64,000 bases of DNA from Carcharhinus amblyrhynchos (taxonomy: Eukaryota). The stretch lies in NCBI GenBank assembly GCA_965287045.1, contig OZ336872.1, forward strand, positions 41,106,001 through 41,170,000, given 5' to 3'. Under the pieces are notes generated by a model. The model did not search any database. It was not told the origin of the DNA and saw only the letters and a list, made by a program, of their open reading frames with translations. The translations under genes and the position numbers were made by a program. Positions 62,100 to 64,000 of the stretch are shown here, piece after piece. The stretch's first letter is position 1; each line of letters begins with the position of its first letter.

Positions 62100-64000
62100 T
62101 GCACATCGACAGCAGCATCGTATACGGCAGAAAGCATCAGGAAGGTGACCATCAAATTCCCCAGCATAAATTGGAAGGATGTCCAAATTCAGGCCTTTTA
62201 AAGAAAAGACAGATATATTTTTAGATTTATCTGAAATGGGATGGATAAACAAATCTTGAAAATCAAGATACTACTGAAAGTGAGAGATGCGCAAAGTAAA
62301 CACTTTGGGCCTATCTGACAAGGATCAGAAGGATCCTGCCAAGCTGTGGAACATTCTGGAGGATCAGCTTGGTGTAAAGACTAAATTTTAAATGCATTAT
62401 TTGGAGCTGATGGCTTACAGAAAACATCTCCAAGAAGCAATTGATCAATTCATCATCAGATACTTTAAGGGTAAGTGGTGTGATTTCTTGAAAGCCAAGC
62501 TATCTGAATGAATCGTGGAGCAGGTTATAGCTTGAACACCAATTGAAGCTTTCCAAAAAGATCTTTTGCAGTGAAAGAAAGCTCATGATAGTGACATAAA
62601 AGATGGCAAAACATTGTAGCTGGATAATAATATCTGGAAGCATTAGGTGCAACTGTCAGTATCAATGTGATGGCAAGGATGCAGAAAGCTTGCAAGTCAT
62701 ATGGGAAATGCAGTTCGCTGCACCCACTGTGAAGCTGCCCTGCATTCCAAGATCTTTAAGTTAAGTGGCGTAAAAGGACATAGGGCTCATCTATTGCTGG
62801 AAATTATATTCCAGAAGTAAGATGCAACCAAACAAAAAGTGCATACAGCCTGCTTGTCACAACAATGGAGAGATCCACTTAAGCCCTAGCACATACGCAA
62901 GATTAGTGGCAAGTCGGAGCAGGGTGAAGAAGTAGATCAGAAATATCAACTGGAAAATGAACAGGCTTTTACACATTGATTTTGTTCACAAGTTGTGAAC
63001 GTTCATAAACAGTTGAAACCTTTGCTACTATCAACATCATATGCCCAATAGCATCAAACGGTTCATAAACAGAATTGACACAGGTGCAAATGCAAATATC
63101 TTACCAGTTGGAATCATGAAGAATATGTATATGGATCATTGGAACCTATGATTTACAAACTAATTGCATGCAATGAGTTACTCATTCACTGCATTGGTAC
63201 ACTAACACTGAAATGCAGCTATGGCAAGTCTGCATGGAAACCACTAGTATTCTATCCAGTGGACATGAGCGGACCAGCTGTAGCTAGGTTATCAACATGT
63301 TTAGAATTCAACATTATGACCATGCGTAAGATTGCCAAGTTACCAATCACAGCAGAAGACGCTGAGAAGAATCTCATTGAATCAATCCATGACCTACAGC
63401 AGATGTACCCAGACACATTCAATGCCATAGGGAACTTCAGAGGTGTGATTATGTTACACCTCAGAAGTGCAGTCCATAAGTCAACCCTTCTCGAAAGTAT
63501 AGTTTGCAGGTACAGAAAGAACTAAAGAGTGAACTGAATGACATGGCGCATTTGGCATTATATTTTGTGTGCACCAACACACCGACTGATGCAGTTACAG
63601 ATGTGTGCACTGAGAAAAGATGGCACAGTGTGGGCGTGACACAAAATGCCAAAATCTCTCTCCAAGAAGATGCCCACATAAGATTCTAGCATTGGAAGGA
63701 TTGAATTCCAAAGTCACAAGAGCAAAGTTTTTGATATGTCAGTTCATTTGGCAGAGTCATCTTAAGAAATCCTTAGTTCCAGGGCACCATTTCGAAAATA
63801 CTGCTTCCCAGAGATTACCTGTTAGTTGATCCATCAGTCAGGATCTGTTCCAGCAGCATATAGGCAGAATTACAGAAAACGTTATTCAATGGTATTATGT
63901 TGATGGGCAAAACCAAAGAAGAGTATGTTGGTAAGCCAGCTACAGCTGGTCTGCTCATGACCATTGGATAGAATACTTGTGGTTTCCATGCAGACTTGCC
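62100..64000 (+). mobile_element. Degenerate Gypsy gag-protease-RT region running off the window end
   Basis: gag-like LELMAYRKHLQEAIDQFI, Zn-knuckle remnant CPAFQD, aspartic protease motif IDTGANANILP (63074-63106), DLQQMYPDTFNAIGNF, and RT-like SQDLFQ; many stops. Confidence 0.85.

Noticed and set aside
45504-64000. Melanocyte exon 1M (MLEMLEY...) and downstream bHLH-Zip exons
   Set aside because: Not found by eye; probably beyond the window end, though a short diverged exon could have been missed
1-64000. Prokaryotic-type systems (CRISPR, operons, defence islands)
   Set aside because: The sequence is vertebrate intronic DNA with spliceosomal exons and retroelements; no such arrays or long intact ORFs exist

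Overview
Vertebrate genomic DNA, almost certainly a cartilaginous fish (shark), judged from HE1-type V-SINEs, a SacSINE1/Deu-like SINE and shark-type CR1 LINEs. The window lies inside the 5' part of the MITF gene (+ strand). Two coding exons are recognisable. One is the common exon 1B1b (45254-45503, 250 nt). The other is a short alternative first exon that is not in the ORF track and matches mammalian heart-type exon 1H (10662-10717, MEAVGVQMFRPCSFQSFYV); it splices in frame to 1B1b. The rest is intron packed with decayed CR1-type LINEs, tRNA-headed SINEs, three Gypsy remnants and TIR-bounded MITE-like elements. Notable non-coding structures are a 228-bp Penelope-type insertion with a minimal hammerhead ribozyme motif inside a 78-bp near-perfect palindrome, and a local ~205-bp inverted duplication. 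Nearly all other ORFs in the track are chance ORFs or transposon debris. Family names and human comparisons are from recall, not from database searches.
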